Assembly (NCBI GenBank): GCA_016204695.1
Contig: JACQKD010000014.1
Location: 88,170 to 152,169, forward strand
DNA: 64,000 nucleotides
Source: Candidatus Kaiserbacteria bacterium
GTDB lineage: Bacteria > Patescibacteriota > Minisyncoccia > Phycocordibacterales > UBA918
Reading direction: 5' to 3'
This document shows, piece after piece, positions 25,698 to 34,978 of the stretch. Both the position numbers and the translations under genes were made by a program. The notes below the pieces were generated by a model. The model did no database searches, was not told where the DNA came from, and was given only the letters and a program-made list of their open reading frames with translations. How positions within the stretch are numbered: position 1 is the stretch's first letter; every line of letters begins with the position of its first letter.

Positions 25698-26690
25698 ATG
25701 AAACTTCTGATTGTGACACATCTTGAGACGAGCAAGAAACCTGCTCCGCACACACCGGGATTGCGTACGCTTACCCGCGTGCAGGTGAAAAAGATCAAGG
25801 CGGTCGCGCCGAAGATGGAGATAATCGTGACCGGAGAGCCGGACGAAATCGAGCGGCATGCCGCCGATGCGAACATCATCGTGACGTCTCCGCGGACGCT
25901 CCCGCCGCTTGCACATGCAACACATCTCACATGGCTTCACTCGCTCTCGGCGGGCGTGGACCGCATCCTGACACCCGAGGTCAAGAAGTCATCGGTCATC
26001 GTCTCAAATTCTTCCGGCGTGCATGCGGTCCCGATTGCAGAGCATGTCATGGCATACCTGCTCATTTTCGCGCGCGGTTTTTTACATTCGCTTGAAAATC
26101 AAAAGCATCGTCTCTGGAAACGGGGCGAAGGCATGACCGAGCTGTATGAGAAGACCGTACTCATCGTCGGCATGGGGAATATCGGGAGCGAAGTCGCGAG
26201 ACGCGCGCATGCATTCGACTGTCATATCATCGCGCTCACGCGAAGCGGAAAGACCGACTCAAAATACGTTCACGAGATACACAAAGCATCGGCGCTTGAG
26301 CGCATGCTGAAGAAAGCCGATTTTGTTGTGAGTTGTCTGCCCGGCACACCGGAGACGCATCACATCTTTGACCGCAAAAAATTCGGCCTTATGAAGCCGA
26401 GCGCGTACTTCATCAACATCGGCCGCGGTTCGCTCGTGCATGAAAAAGACCTCATCGCCGCGCTCAAGAAAAAGCTCATCGCGGGCGCCGCGCTCGATGT
26501 CGCCGAGACCGAGCCGCTTCCCGCAGAAAGCCCGCTCTGGAACATGCAAAATGTCATCATCACTCCACACCATTCCGGCGCCTCCGAACGATACATGGAC
26601 CGCGCCATCGACCGCTTCGTGCTCAATCTCAAAGCATACCTGCGGAAGAAACCCCTCCCGAATCTCGTAGACAAAACCTTGGGGTACTGA
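25698..26690 (+). CDS. D-isomer-specific 2-hydroxyacid dehydrogenase (NAD-binding)
   Basis: GMGNIGSEVARRA (GxGxxG), INIGRGSLV, ALDVAETEP, ITPHHSG. Confidence 0.8.
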   Translation: MKLLIVTHLETSKKPAPHTPGLRTLTRVQVKKIKAVAPKMEIIVTGEPDEIERHAADANIIVTSPRTLPPLAHATHLTWLHSLSAGVDRILTPEVKKSSVIVSNSSGVHAVPIAEHVMAYLLIFARGFLHSLENQKHRLWKRGEGMTELYEKTVLIVGMGNIGSEVARRAHAFDCHIIALTRSGKTDSKYVHEIHKASALERMLKKADFVVSCLPGTPETHHIFDRKKFGLMKPSAYFINIGRGSLVHEKDLIAALKKKLIAGAALDVAETEPLPAESPLWNMQNVIITPHHSGASERYMDRAIDRFVLNLKAYLRKKPLPNLVDKTLGY

Positions 26691-26705
26691 CATAGTATCA
26701 GTGCG

Positions 26706-27455
26706 ATGCAGGTAATTATCCAAAACCTCGCAACCGAATATCTGGACGAGGGAAGCGGTACGGCCGTGCTGTTTTTGCACGGGTGGATGGACAGTCTGCA
26801 TACGTTTGATGCGCTTGCGGCGCTCTTGCCTCCGACACACAGGATTATTCGGCTCGACCTGCCGGGATTCGGCAAGACTGAACGGCCGAAGGAAGCATGG
26901 GGCCTCGACGAGTATGTGCGCTTTGTCGACAATTTTATCAAGAAGCTCGGCGTCGAAGTCGACACGTTCGTCGGACACTCGTTCGGCGGACGAGTCATCC
27001 TAAAGGGAGCGGCGGAAAACATCTTCCATGCGGACAAGCTCGTGCTCATCGGTTCCGCAGGGATTGCCAAACGGAACACTCCTCGCCATTTGTTTTTCAA
27101 CATCATTGCAAAGCTCGGAAAGGTTGCGACAGCCATACCGCCGTTGAGCTTTTGGAAAGAAAAAATACGCAGGCGGTTTTATACGCGCATCGGGAGCGAC
27201 TATGCGGATGCCGGAGCACTGCAGGAGACATTTTTGAAAACCATTTCGGAGGATTTGAGCGAAAGTGCACAAAAGATAGACACCCCGACGCTCCTCATAT
27301 GGGGAAAAAATGACACCGCCACACCGCTCTCCGACGGCGAGCGGCTGGCTCGGCTCATCCCGCGAGCACAGCTCGAAGCGCTCGACGGCGGACATTTCAT
27401 CCACCGTGAAAGGCCGGAGGAAGTCGTGGCATTCATACGAAATTTCATATGCTGA
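26706..27455 (+). CDS. Alpha/beta-fold hydrolase
   Basis: FLHGWMDS, nucleophile elbow GHSFGG, catalytic His near the C-terminus (DGGHF). Confidence 0.75.
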   Translation: MQVIIQNLATEYLDEGSGTAVLFLHGWMDSLHTFDALAALLPPTHRIIRLDLPGFGKTERPKEAWGLDEYVRFVDNFIKKLGVEVDTFVGHSFGGRVILKGAAENIFHADKLVLIGSAGIAKRNTPRHLFFNIIAKLGKVATAIPPLSFWKEKIRRRFYTRIGSDYADAGALQETFLKTISEDLSESAQKIDTPTLLIWGKNDTATPLSDGERLARLIPRAQLEALDGGHFIHRERPEEVVAFIRNFIC

Positions 27456-28882
27456 AACACCGACTCGCCAATTTCTTTTCGCAATACCGCCTCGACTATC
27501 CGCGCTCACTCATCTATATTCTGCAAGCGAGCGAGTACGACATCGGCGAGTATCTCACGTGGTACCGCCAGACGCAGGACTTCAGGCGCGTCGAGCGTCG
27601 CAAGCGGTTGGTCTACACGCCGAAGGCGGTCTGCCTGCTTGTCCTATGCTGGCTGTTGGCGGTTATGTTGCTCGGCGGAACGATGATGTTTTCCATCACA
27701 AGAGGATGGTATGTTCTGCCCATCGTCCTGTTACTGCTTCCCGTCATCCTTGCGTATGGCATACTCATCCCTCTGGTACTCGCGAAGTTTCTCATTCAGA
27801 AACCCGCCGAATTTTTTGTCATACGCAATGCGCGCACGCGGCTTGCGTCGCATAAAGCCGTGAAGGTTAGTATCGCGGGAAGTTTCGGCAAGACAACCAT
27901 GCGCGAAATACTCAAAACGGTTGTAGCGGAAGGAAAGAAAGTCGCCGCGCCGCCGCACAGCTATAACACGCCGCTCGGCATCAGCCGCTTCATACAGACG
28001 CTCAACGGAAACGAGGAGGTGCTCATCTTTGAACTGGGAGAACACTATCCGGGCGACATCAAAAAACTCTGCGACCTCGTGCGCCCCGATATCGGCGTCA
28101 TAACGGGCGTGAACGAAGCGCACCTCGAAAAATTCAAAACGCTTGAGCGGACGACCGCGACTATTTTTGAACTCGCCGACTACCTCGGCGAAAAGCGTAT
28201 GTATGTCAACGGAGAAAGCGAGCGTGCCCGCGGCGCTTTGCGCCGCGGGCACATCACCTACGACCGCACACAGGTCGGCCAGTGGCAGATCCACCATCCG
28301 CACACCGGCCTCGACGGTACGGCATTTACGATGATAAAAGACGACACGAAGATGGAATTGCACTCATCGCTCCTCGGTCTTCACCAGATCGGCCCGCTTG
28401 CCGCCGCCGCAGACATCGCGCTCTCGCTCGGACTTTCACCCGAACAGGTAAAAAGCGGCATCGCCAACACAAAGCCATTCGACCACCGTCTTGAGCCGAA
28501 AACGGACACGAGCGGAGTCGTCACCCTCGACGACAGCTACAACGGCAATCCCGACGGGGTAAAAGCGGTCATCGAATTTCTCACATCACTCGAAGGCCAC
28601 CGCCGATGGTACGTCACTCCGGGACTCGTGGAAATGGGTCCGAAAACGGAACAGGTGCACCGCGAGATCGGCAGACGGCTTGCCGAGGCGGAAATAGAAC
28701 ATGTCATCCTCGTACGCAATTCAGTCACTCCGTTTATTGCGGAAGGTCTGAAATCAGCGCACTATGCAGGCAAGGTTATGTGGTTTGACGATGCGCTTGC
28801 CGCATTCGCCGCGCTCCCGCATTTGACAGTGCGCGGGGATGTGGTACTTCTGCAAAATGATTGGCCTGATCAGTACCGGTGA
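27449..28882 (+). CDS. murF: UDP-N-acetylmuramoyl-tripeptide--D-alanyl-D-alanine ligase (MurF-like Mur ligase) with N-terminal TM extension
   Basis: VSIAGSFGKTTMREIL (Mur ligase P-loop), DSYNGNPD; two N-terminal TM helices. Confidence 0.8.
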   Translation: MLKHRLANFFSQYRLDYPRSLIYILQASEYDIGEYLTWYRQTQDFRRVERRKRLVYTPKAVCLLVLCWLLAVMLLGGTMMFSITRGWYVLPIVLLLLPVILAYGILIPLVLAKFLIQKPAEFFVIRNARTRLASHKAVKVSIAGSFGKTTMREILKTVVAEGKKVAAPPHSYNTPLGISRFIQTLNGNEEVLIFELGEHYPGDIKKLCDLVRPDIGVITGVNEAHLEKFKTLERTTATIFELADYLGEKRMYVNGESERARGALRRGHITYDRTQVGQWQIHHPHTGLDGTAFTMIKDDTKMELHSSLLGLHQIGPLAAAADIALSLGLSPEQVKSGIANTKPFDHRLEPKTDTSGVVTLDDSYNGNPDGVKAVIEFLTSLEGHRRWYVTPGLVEMGPKTEQVHREIGRRLAEAEIEHVILVRNSVTPFIAEGLKSAHYAGKVMWFDDALAAFAALPHLTVRGDVVLLQNDWPDQYR

Positions 28883-28888
28883 TTTAGA

Positions 28889-30064
28889 ATGGAATATATG
28901 AAAACCGTCGCGGTATTTTTCGGGGGCAGAAGTTCAGAGCATGATGTCTCCATCATCACCGCGCACACGCCCATCATCGAATCACTCCTCGCGACCGGAG
29001 AATACGATGTATGGCCGGTCTATATCGCAAAAGACGGCTCGTGGTACGCCGACAAAGCGATGAACAACATCGCCTATTTCAAACAGGACGGTTGGGAAAC
29101 AAAAATCGCCGCGCAGAAAAAAGTACAGATACTCTTCGACAACGGCCTCACGCTCGTCTGGCCGGGACTCATGCAAAAAACGGTTCGTATGGACATCGCA
29201 TTTCCGGCAATGCATGGCACCTACGGCGAGGACGGCAGTTTGATGGGACTTCTGCGCATGGCGAATGTGCCGTTTGTCGGATGCGATATCTTTGCGTCCG
29301 CCGTCGCGATGGACAAGGCACTCACCAAGCAAGTACTCGCCGCCGAAGGCGTCCCTATTGTGCCGTTCGTGTGGTTTACCAAGCACGACTGGGAGCAGAA
29401 TACAGACGAGCTGAAAGAAAAAATAGTACGACTCCGTTGGCCTCTTTTTGTGAAGCCGGTACACCTCGGCTCCAGCATCGCAATCGCGAAAGTCAAAGAC
29501 GAACCCCAGCTTGAAAACGCGATTGAGGTCGCACTCCATTACGATGACAAAGTACTCGTCGAGGAAAGTGTGGAAAACCTCATCGAAGTGACGCTCCCCA
29601 TCATGGGCAACGACGAACCGCGACCGGCGGGAATTGAGCGGCCGTTCAACAAAGCCGAGTTTTATGATTTCAATGACAAATATCTCTCCGGCAACAAAAC
29701 AGGCGGGGGAGTCAACAGCCAGTACAGCGAGATACCGGCACAGATTGACGCGGAGCTGGCGAAACAAGTGGAAGATTTCGGCACGCGGACATACCGCGTC
29801 CTCGGATGCACCGGCATTGCGCGCGTGGATTTCCTCATAGAAAGCGAACGGAAGCAGGTGTACGTCAACGAAGTCAACACGCTCCCGGGCAGTCTCTACG
29901 CCCACAATTGGAAAACCGTCGGCATATCGAGCGTGGAGCTCGTACAAAAATTGGTCGCATTCGCGGAAGAACGTTTTGCCGCACATCAGAACCTCACCTA
30001 CACCTTTGATTCGGATATTCTCAAAAAGGCGGGTATTCCAAAAAGTCCGGGAGGCACCGCGTAA
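28889..30064 (+). CDS. ddl: D-alanine--D-alanine ligase
   Basis: AFPAMHGTYGEDGSLMGLLRMANVPFVGCDIFASAVAMDKALTK; ATP-grasp C-terminal region. Confidence 0.85.
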   Translation: MEYMKTVAVFFGGRSSEHDVSIITAHTPIIESLLATGEYDVWPVYIAKDGSWYADKAMNNIAYFKQDGWETKIAAQKKVQILFDNGLTLVWPGLMQKTVRMDIAFPAMHGTYGEDGSLMGLLRMANVPFVGCDIFASAVAMDKALTKQVLAAEGVPIVPFVWFTKHDWEQNTDELKEKIVRLRWPLFVKPVHLGSSIAIAKVKDEPQLENAIEVALHYDDKVLVEESVENLIEVTLPIMGNDEPRPAGIERPFNKAEFYDFNDKYLSGNKTGGGVNSQYSEIPAQIDAELAKQVEDFGTRTYRVLGCTGIARVDFLIESERKQVYVNEVNTLPGSLYAHNWKTVGISSVELVQKLVAFAEERFAAHQNLTYTFDSDILKKAGIPKSPGGTA

Positions 30065-30121
30065 CAACTCATACACACCCCCGCGACACAAGCATCAACG
30101 GCGGGATGTATACTATGTTCC

Positions 30122-30388
30122 ATGGAACATATGCAAAACAAAACGAGCATCATCGCGATCGGCGCGGCAATTGTGGTCATTCTCATCGCCGCGCTTTCAT
30201 ATTGGTACTGGCAGGGTGTTCGAGAAGCGCCGCCTCCGGCCGAGCCGGCAGACACTTCATCGTCGCAGACAGCTTCGACGACACCGTCCGTAGCGCCGCC
30301 GTCGGCGAATCCGCTCGACGAAGTGACGCCCATAGCAAATCCCATTGAAAAAACTAACCCGTTCGACTATGAAAACCCGTTTGAATAG
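30122..30388 (+). CDS. Small membrane-anchored Pro/Ser/Thr-rich protein
   Basis: TM helice IIAIGAAIVVILIAALSYWYW followed by a low-complexity tail. Confidence 0.35.
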   Translation: MEHMQNKTSIIAIGAAIVVILIAALSYWYWQGVREAPPPAEPADTSSSQTASTTPSVAPPSANPLDEVTPIANPIEKTNPFDYENPFE

Positions 30389-32111
30389 CGCCGTGGCTAC
30401 GATGGCGTCCCTCGCCATCTCCGCCATCCTCATCACCGCCGCATACGCACAATCACCCGACGATATCATCTATCCCATCGGAGCGTTGGGGAATTGCGAG
30501 AGCAAAGAGGCGTGTCGGGCATATTGCGACATCGCCGAACATCATGCGGCATGCCAAGCATTTGCTGAAAAACATAATCTTGATGACGAGTCGGGCGACA
30601 AATTCGATATGGCGGTGAAAGACGGCGGACCGGGCGGATGTGCCGCAGGCGCCGCCGACCCGCGCGATGCGTGCCGGCAGTATTGCGATTCCATGGATCA
30701 CATGCGGGAATGTGTCGCATATGCGGAGTCGCACGATCTGATGGACGAAACGGAGCTTGCGGAAGCCCACCGCGTCATTGCCGCACTTGACCGGGGCGCG
30801 ACGCTTCCGCCCGGTTGCACCAATGAGGAGCGCTGTCACGAGCTTTGCGAAGCGCCCCCGGATGTGGCAACTGCGCGGCAGTGTTTCGCGTTTGCCGAAG
30901 CCGCCGGACTCCTGCCTCCGGACGTTGATCGGGAAAAGGCGGAGATGATGTTCAAGGCGATCGAAGAGGGCAGAGCGCCGTTTAAGACACCCAAGGAATT
31001 CGAACAATGCGAAAATCCGTCGAGCGACGAAATCATGCAAAAGTGCATCGACTTCGGCCTTGAGAACGGCTTTCTTTCGGACGAAGAAGCGGAAATGGTG
31101 AAGAAGACCGGCGGCAAAGGGCCGGGCGGCTGTCGCGGCAAAGAGCAGTGCGAGGCGTACTGCAGTACGCACCAAGACGAGTGTTTTGCATTCGGCGTCG
31201 AGCACGGCATGATCAAGCCGGAGGATAGGGAAATGATGAAGGAGGGTATCCATCGTTTCAAAGAGGGTTTCGCAAAGGCTCCGCCGGAAGTGAAAGAATG
31301 TCTTGAGGAAAGCCTGGGCGCGGACACGCTTGATCAGATGCTCTCCGGAGCGACTATGCCGACCGAAGAACTCGGACAAAAAATGCGTGCGTGTTTCGAA
31401 AACCATTTCGGGGAAGAGGGCGGCATGATGGAAGGAGAGGGCGCAAAGGGCGGCATGTCCGGCAAGCAATTCCCTCCCGAAGTGAAAGCGTGCCTCGAAT
31501 CAAAAATCGGCGCGGAAGGAGTGAAAAAAATGCTTGAAGATGGTCCCGATCCGTCACTCGAAAGCGCGATGAAAGGATGCTTCCAAGGAATGATGCAGAA
31601 CAAACAGGGAGAAGAAAGGTACGACGATAAGGAAGCATCATCACAGGGATTCCAAGGAGAATTCAAGGGTCCCGGCGGATGCACCGATCCCGAAGAGTGT
31701 AAGCGCTACTGCGCCGAACATCCGGAAGCATGCGGTATGAAGCGCGATGCGACAGGTTTTCCGGCCGGCGCCAATCCGGAAGAAATAGAACAGATGATGC
31801 GCGAAAAGATGATGCAGGAAGGCCGCGAGCAATATATGCAAGAGAATGAGGGACAGTTTCCCGGAGAAATGAACCCTGAAGACAGGGAACGAATGATGGA
31901 AGAAAAATATGAAGAGATGGAACGAGACGACAATATGTCCGAGAACTTCCACGAGGAAAATGAAGATCCGGGAACATACGACAGGCCGGCGGAAGAGCCG
32001 CAAGAACACACCGAACCGTCCGAACCGGCACCGACAAGTCGTCTCCCGCAAATCGGCGGAAGCAGTCTGATCGCGAACGTCGTCTCGATCCTGCTCGCCT
32101 TGCTGTGGTAA
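30369..32111 (+). CDS. Secreted cysteine-rich repeat protein with acidic C-terminal region and terminal hydrophobic anchor
   Basis: Signal peptide MASLAISAILITAAYAQ; about seven repeats of the form G(G/N)C-x4-C-x2-YC-x6-C-x2-FA-x3-(H/G)GL; C-terminus LPQIGGSSLIANVVSILLALLW. Confidence 0.6.
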   Translation: MKTRLNSAVATMASLAISAILITAAYAQSPDDIIYPIGALGNCESKEACRAYCDIAEHHAACQAFAEKHNLDDESGDKFDMAVKDGGPGGCAAGAADPRDACRQYCDSMDHMRECVAYAESHDLMDETELAEAHRVIAALDRGATLPPGCTNEERCHELCEAPPDVATARQCFAFAEAAGLLPPDVDREKAEMMFKAIEEGRAPFKTPKEFEQCENPSSDEIMQKCIDFGLENGFLSDEEAEMVKKTGGKGPGGCRGKEQCEAYCSTHQDECFAFGVEHGMIKPEDREMMKEGIHRFKEGFAKAPPEVKECLEESLGADTLDQMLSGATMPTEELGQKMRACFENHFGEEGGMMEGEGAKGGMSGKQFPPEVKACLESKIGAEGVKKMLEDGPDPSLESAMKGCFQGMMQNKQGEERYDDKEASSQGFQGEFKGPGGCTDPEECKRYCAEHPEACGMKRDATGFPAGANPEEIEQMMREKMMQEGREQYMQENEGQFPGEMNPEDRERMMEEKYEEMERDDNMSENFHEENEDPGTYDRPAEEPQEHTEPSEPAPTSRLPQIGGSSLIANVVSILLALLW

Positions 32112-32157
32112 CAGATGCCGCCCGAGGAAAAGTATAGTACTATGTGCCCGTTGAACA

Positions 32158-32229
32158 CGGGCTATAGTGTAGCGGCAACATGCATGCATGGGGTGCATGA
32201 GACGCTGGGTTCGACTCCCAGTAGCCCGA
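32158..32229 (+). tRNA. tRNA-Pro (anticodon GGG)
   Basis: CGGGCTA TA GTGT AGCGGCA ACAT G CATGC ATGGGGT GCATG AGACG CTGGG TTCGACT CCCAG TAGCCCG A. Confidence 0.8.
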
Positions 32230-32261
32230 CAATGGAGCTTTTGGCGGAATTGTCGGGCTGA

Positions 32262-32283
32262 GAAAAGCGCCTGCGCGCTTTTC
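32262..32283 (+). terminator. Hairpin downstream of tRNA-Pro(GGG)
   Basis: GAAAAGCGC / CTGC / GCGCTTTTC. Confidence 0.4.
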
Positions 32284-32382
32284 GTCTGGGAGTCGAAAGG
32301 TGGAGCCATGTCGAGAGAAGCGAGACGAGCGAGCCGAGGCCACGAGCACTTAGGATTTTACGAACGAAGTGGAGTAAAATAC

Positions 32383-32505
32383 TTAGTGACTCGGGCCGAC
32401 TCCCTACGGGAGCAGTACACCTTGCGGCTCTTTTGCTTCGGCGTACGCCTCGCAAAACAGCTCGCAAGATCTTGAGGAAGCTCCAAGTATTCGCTTCCTC
32501 AACCT
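32383..32505 (-). repeat. Structured palindromic repeat family, copy 3 (intergenic, between the two tRNA-Pro genes)
   Basis: Hairpin A extended to a 10-bp stem (TTGAGGAAGC / TCCAAGTATTC / GCTTCCTCAA on the + strand); hairpin B ATCTTGCGAGCTGTTTTGCG...GCAAAAGAGCCGCAAGGT. Confidence 0.65.
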
Positions 32506-32658
32506 AGTAGCCCGACCGCAGGGAGGAATACCTCGTCGGGGCGTAAGTAAAACTTGCCCCGACTGCGCTCGGAGGAAATAAATGCTAGCATTTATTCGCT
32601 CCTCACTGGTCGTGGTAGTACAGTGGCAATATACACGCTTTGGGGTTCTTCACATTGT

Positions 32659-32729
32659 CGGGGCGTAGTACAGTGGCAGTATACACGCTTCGGGTGCGTG
32701 AGACCCGAGTTCGATTCTCGGCGCCCCGA
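32659..32729 (+). tRNA. tRNA-Pro (anticodon CGG)
   Basis: CGGGGCG TA GTAC AGTGGCA GTAT A CACGC TTCGGGT GCGTG AGAC CCGAG TTCGATT CTCGG CGCCCCG A. Flanked by an 11-nt inverted repeat CTTCACATTGT/ACAATGTGAAG. Confidence 0.85.
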
Positions 32730-32790
32730 CAATGTGAAGAACCGAGTGTCTGGGAGACACTCGTGGCTCCGTAGATGGTAATCATAGTAT

Positions 32791-33219
32791 ATGAAATGGT
32801 ATTTTGCGTCACGAACGAGACATCAGGGAAAATTGGCCGACCTCTCCGGACAGCTCGAAAATCTCGGAGAGGAAATAGCGTCCCAGTGGGTCTACATAAC
32901 TGACTCCCTCAAGCCCTACCACGAGCATCCGGATAAAGTACATCCTATAGCTGAAATGGATATCAGAGGCGCATTTGGGTGTGACGTGTTTGTCCTCATA
33001 AGCGATCCCGAAGGTACCGATATGTTTGCCGAACTCGGCGCGGCCCTGGCAAAAGCCGCTCTTTCTCCGGAGAAGATCACCGTGTACGTCGTCGGGGAAC
33101 ACGCCAAACGATCACTTATCCAATGTCATCCCGCCATCACACACGTATCGACAGTGCGAGACGTCCTCATGCGAGAACATATAAATACTGAAAATATTGT
33201 GGTGCCTGATTTTGTGTAG
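32791..33219 (+). CDS. Nucleoside 2-deoxyribosyltransferase-like protein
   Basis: N-terminal WYFAS and CDVFVLISDPEGTDMFAELGAALAKA resemble the Nuc_deoxyrib_tr fold signature. Confidence 0.45.
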   Translation: MKWYFASRTRHQGKLADLSGQLENLGEEIASQWVYITDSLKPYHEHPDKVHPIAEMDIRGAFGCDVFVLISDPEGTDMFAELGAALAKAALSPEKITVYVVGEHAKRSLIQCHPAITHVSTVRDVLMREHINTENIVVPDFV

Positions 33220-33229
33220 CGCACCCAAC

Positions 33230-33262
33230 TTGTGCACTCTGGAAGATTCGAACTTCCGACAT
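33230..33262 (-). repeat. Duplicate of the tRNA-Val(CAC) 3' end (27 nt identical), integration scar
   Basis: Reverse complement reads TCGGAAGTTCGAATCTTCCAGAGTGCA, identical to the 3' end of the tRNA-Val at 34783-34856. Confidence 0.65.
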
Positions 33263-33353
33263 CATCGGTTATTCGCGAGAATAAGCTTACCGATGATCAT
33301 ATCCTCTTTGAGATCCTCAAATTTGTATACACGGTTCACTTTTCGTTGCTACG

Positions 33354-34019
33354 TTGGACAATGGTTATAATGGAGCCATGTGTTTTTCGGCGGGAGCAAG
33401 TTTTGTTGCAAGCGGAGGCCTTGCTATTACCGGCGGAGCTTCCTTAAAATTGGCGACAAAAAGACAGAGGATGCTCGCCCTCGTACCATTGTTGTTTGCC
33501 GTCCAGCAGGCGCTTGAAGGCATACAGTGGTTGTATGTAAATGATGGTCAAAGTTCACTCTTTGCCGCATACGCGTTTCTCTTCTTTGGCTTCATTGTGT
33601 GGCCAATCTATGTTCCGTTAGCCCTCTACGAGATCCATCGCCACAAAGTACTTAGATGGTTCATCGGCTCGGGTATATGCACGGCTTTGATATATCTCGT
33701 CGGTTTCCTCACCAATCCTTTGAACGTCACTACTTGGGGACAGAGTATAGATTACGGACATACGGTTCCTTTCCCTTGGATAGCAACTATACTCTACGCG
33801 ATCACGATTTTGGGCACGTTCGTCGTACAAAAAGACCACTTCCTGCTCTTGATAGGGGGTATGATAGGGATTGCGGCGGCCGTAACCCATATCTTTTTTG
33901 TTGCGACATTCGCATCAGTGTGGTGTTTCTTTGCCGCCATCGTGAGCGGTTTGATCTACATCTACATCTGGCGGAGTCGAGCCAAAAACAAGATCCGGAA
34001 AAACAGAAGCCGGAAATGA
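33354..34019 (+). CDS. Hypothetical polytopic membrane protein
   Basis: Six or more TM helices; no motif recognised. Confidence 0.45.
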   Translation: MDNGYNGAMCFSAGASFVASGGLAITGGASLKLATKRQRMLALVPLLFAVQQALEGIQWLYVNDGQSSLFAAYAFLFFGFIVWPIYVPLALYEIHRHKVLRWFIGSGICTALIYLVGFLTNPLNVTTWGQSIDYGHTVPFPWIATILYAITILGTFVVQKDHFLLLIGGMIGIAAAVTHIFFVATFASVWCFFAAIVSGLIYIYIWRSRAKNKIRKNRSRK

Positions 34020-34090
34020 ACACAAAAGCGCGTGGTGCAAACGATCACATATGTGATCTCCCACGCGCTTTGACTATCTAGACACTGTAC

Positions 34091-34549
34091 TTACTTCCTC
34101 AAGCTCCCGACCCAGTACAGGCATACCGGGAAAGACGCGATCGACCCATACAGGTCGACGCACACGTTTGGTTTTTTGAACTCGGCGTCACGCGTTGCAA
34201 GCGCAACGTACACAAACTTTGTGTTGCAACGGCCAATTTTCGCGCCGATCTCCACGAATCCCAAGATTCTGAAGATCTGCTTAGAATAGTAGCGCTCGTC
34301 GCTACCTCCAACCAATTGAAAGTTTTGCAGACACCCTGAAACTAGGGTGTCTGCCGACACCGTCACCGTATCACCGACTTGCAAGCCAGTGGCGGGGTCC
34401 GCTTGCATGTCCGGCAGGAGTGTCGCGTTTTTCTCGTCAAATTTCACCCCTGCAACACGGTGCCGAACTCTAAAGCCGTCCCATGCGGCCCGTGCTAACA
34501 ATTCAGACTTAAGGCGATTCAATACTTCATCATTGACTCTTTCAACCAT
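34091..34549 (-). CDS. Hypothetical protein
   Basis: 152-aa ORF; no confident family assignment. Confidence 0.4.
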   Translation of the reverse strand: MVERVNDEVLNRLKSELLARAAWDGFRVRHRVAGVKFDEKNATLLPDMQADPATGLQVGDTVTVSADTLVSGCLQNFQLVGGSDERYYSKQIFRILGFVEIGAKIGRCNTKFVYVALATRDAEFKKPNVCVDLYGSIASFPVCLYWVGSLRK

Positions 34550-34655
34550 GGAAATTCCTCCGCACTGGGGTTAGTGTGGCGCACTGCCACTTTTCCATTG
34601 ACCGGCTACTTGGGACAATAACATATCATATAGTTTTTGTCAAGGGCTATATTGG

Positions 34656-34772
34656 GATGCACGCTCCGTACAGAAACCTCACACCCATTCATTAGATCTT
34701 TTGTTTCGACGTCCGTCTTACAAAAGCTCTCAATGGGTCTCGTGGAAGCTCCACGTATTCGCTTCCTCACAC
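34656..34772 (-). repeat. Structured palindromic repeat family, copy 4 (immediately 3' of tRNA-Val)
   Basis: Reverse complement: GAGGAAGCGAATACGTGGAGCTTCC..., then hairpin ACCCATTGAGAGCTTTTGT...ACAAAAGATCTAATGAATGGGT. Carries compensatory base changes relative to copy 1. Confidence 0.7.
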
Positions 34773-34782
34773 TTCGCTCGTG

Positions 34783-34856
34783 TGCACTCTGGAAGATTCG
34801 AACTTCCGACCTCGCCCGTGTGAAGGGCGCGCTCTAGCCAACTGAGCTAAGAGTGC
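34783..34856 (-). tRNA. tRNA-Val (anticodon CAC)
   Basis: GCACTCT TA GCTC AGTTGGCTA GAGC G CGCCC TTCACAC GGGCG AGGTC GGAAG TTCGAAT CTTCC AGAGTGC A. Confidence 0.85.
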
Positions 34857-34978
34857 ATCGCTGTATTGATACCACGAGAGTTATCCCAAACCAAGCCAAT
34901 TGACATAGTCTCGGCATAGTATAGTGATCCGTATACGCCGTGCCGGAAGGACGGCATCATTATAACTAGCTGTTTGAT

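Noticed and set aside
25383-25940. 185-aa minus-strand ORF upstream of the MazF-like toxin as an antitoxin candidate
   Set aside because: It reads antisense across the start of the dehydrogenase gene and is Arg/Cys-rich with no antitoxin-like fold. The only plausible small ORF is the 48-aa one at 25403-25549, which is reported with low confidence.
32158-32229. Possibility that tRNA-Pro(GGG) contains an intron, because of the long tRNA-like context
   Set aside because: A continuous canonical 72-nt cloverleaf is present. The additional tRNA-like pieces downstream are separate fragments.
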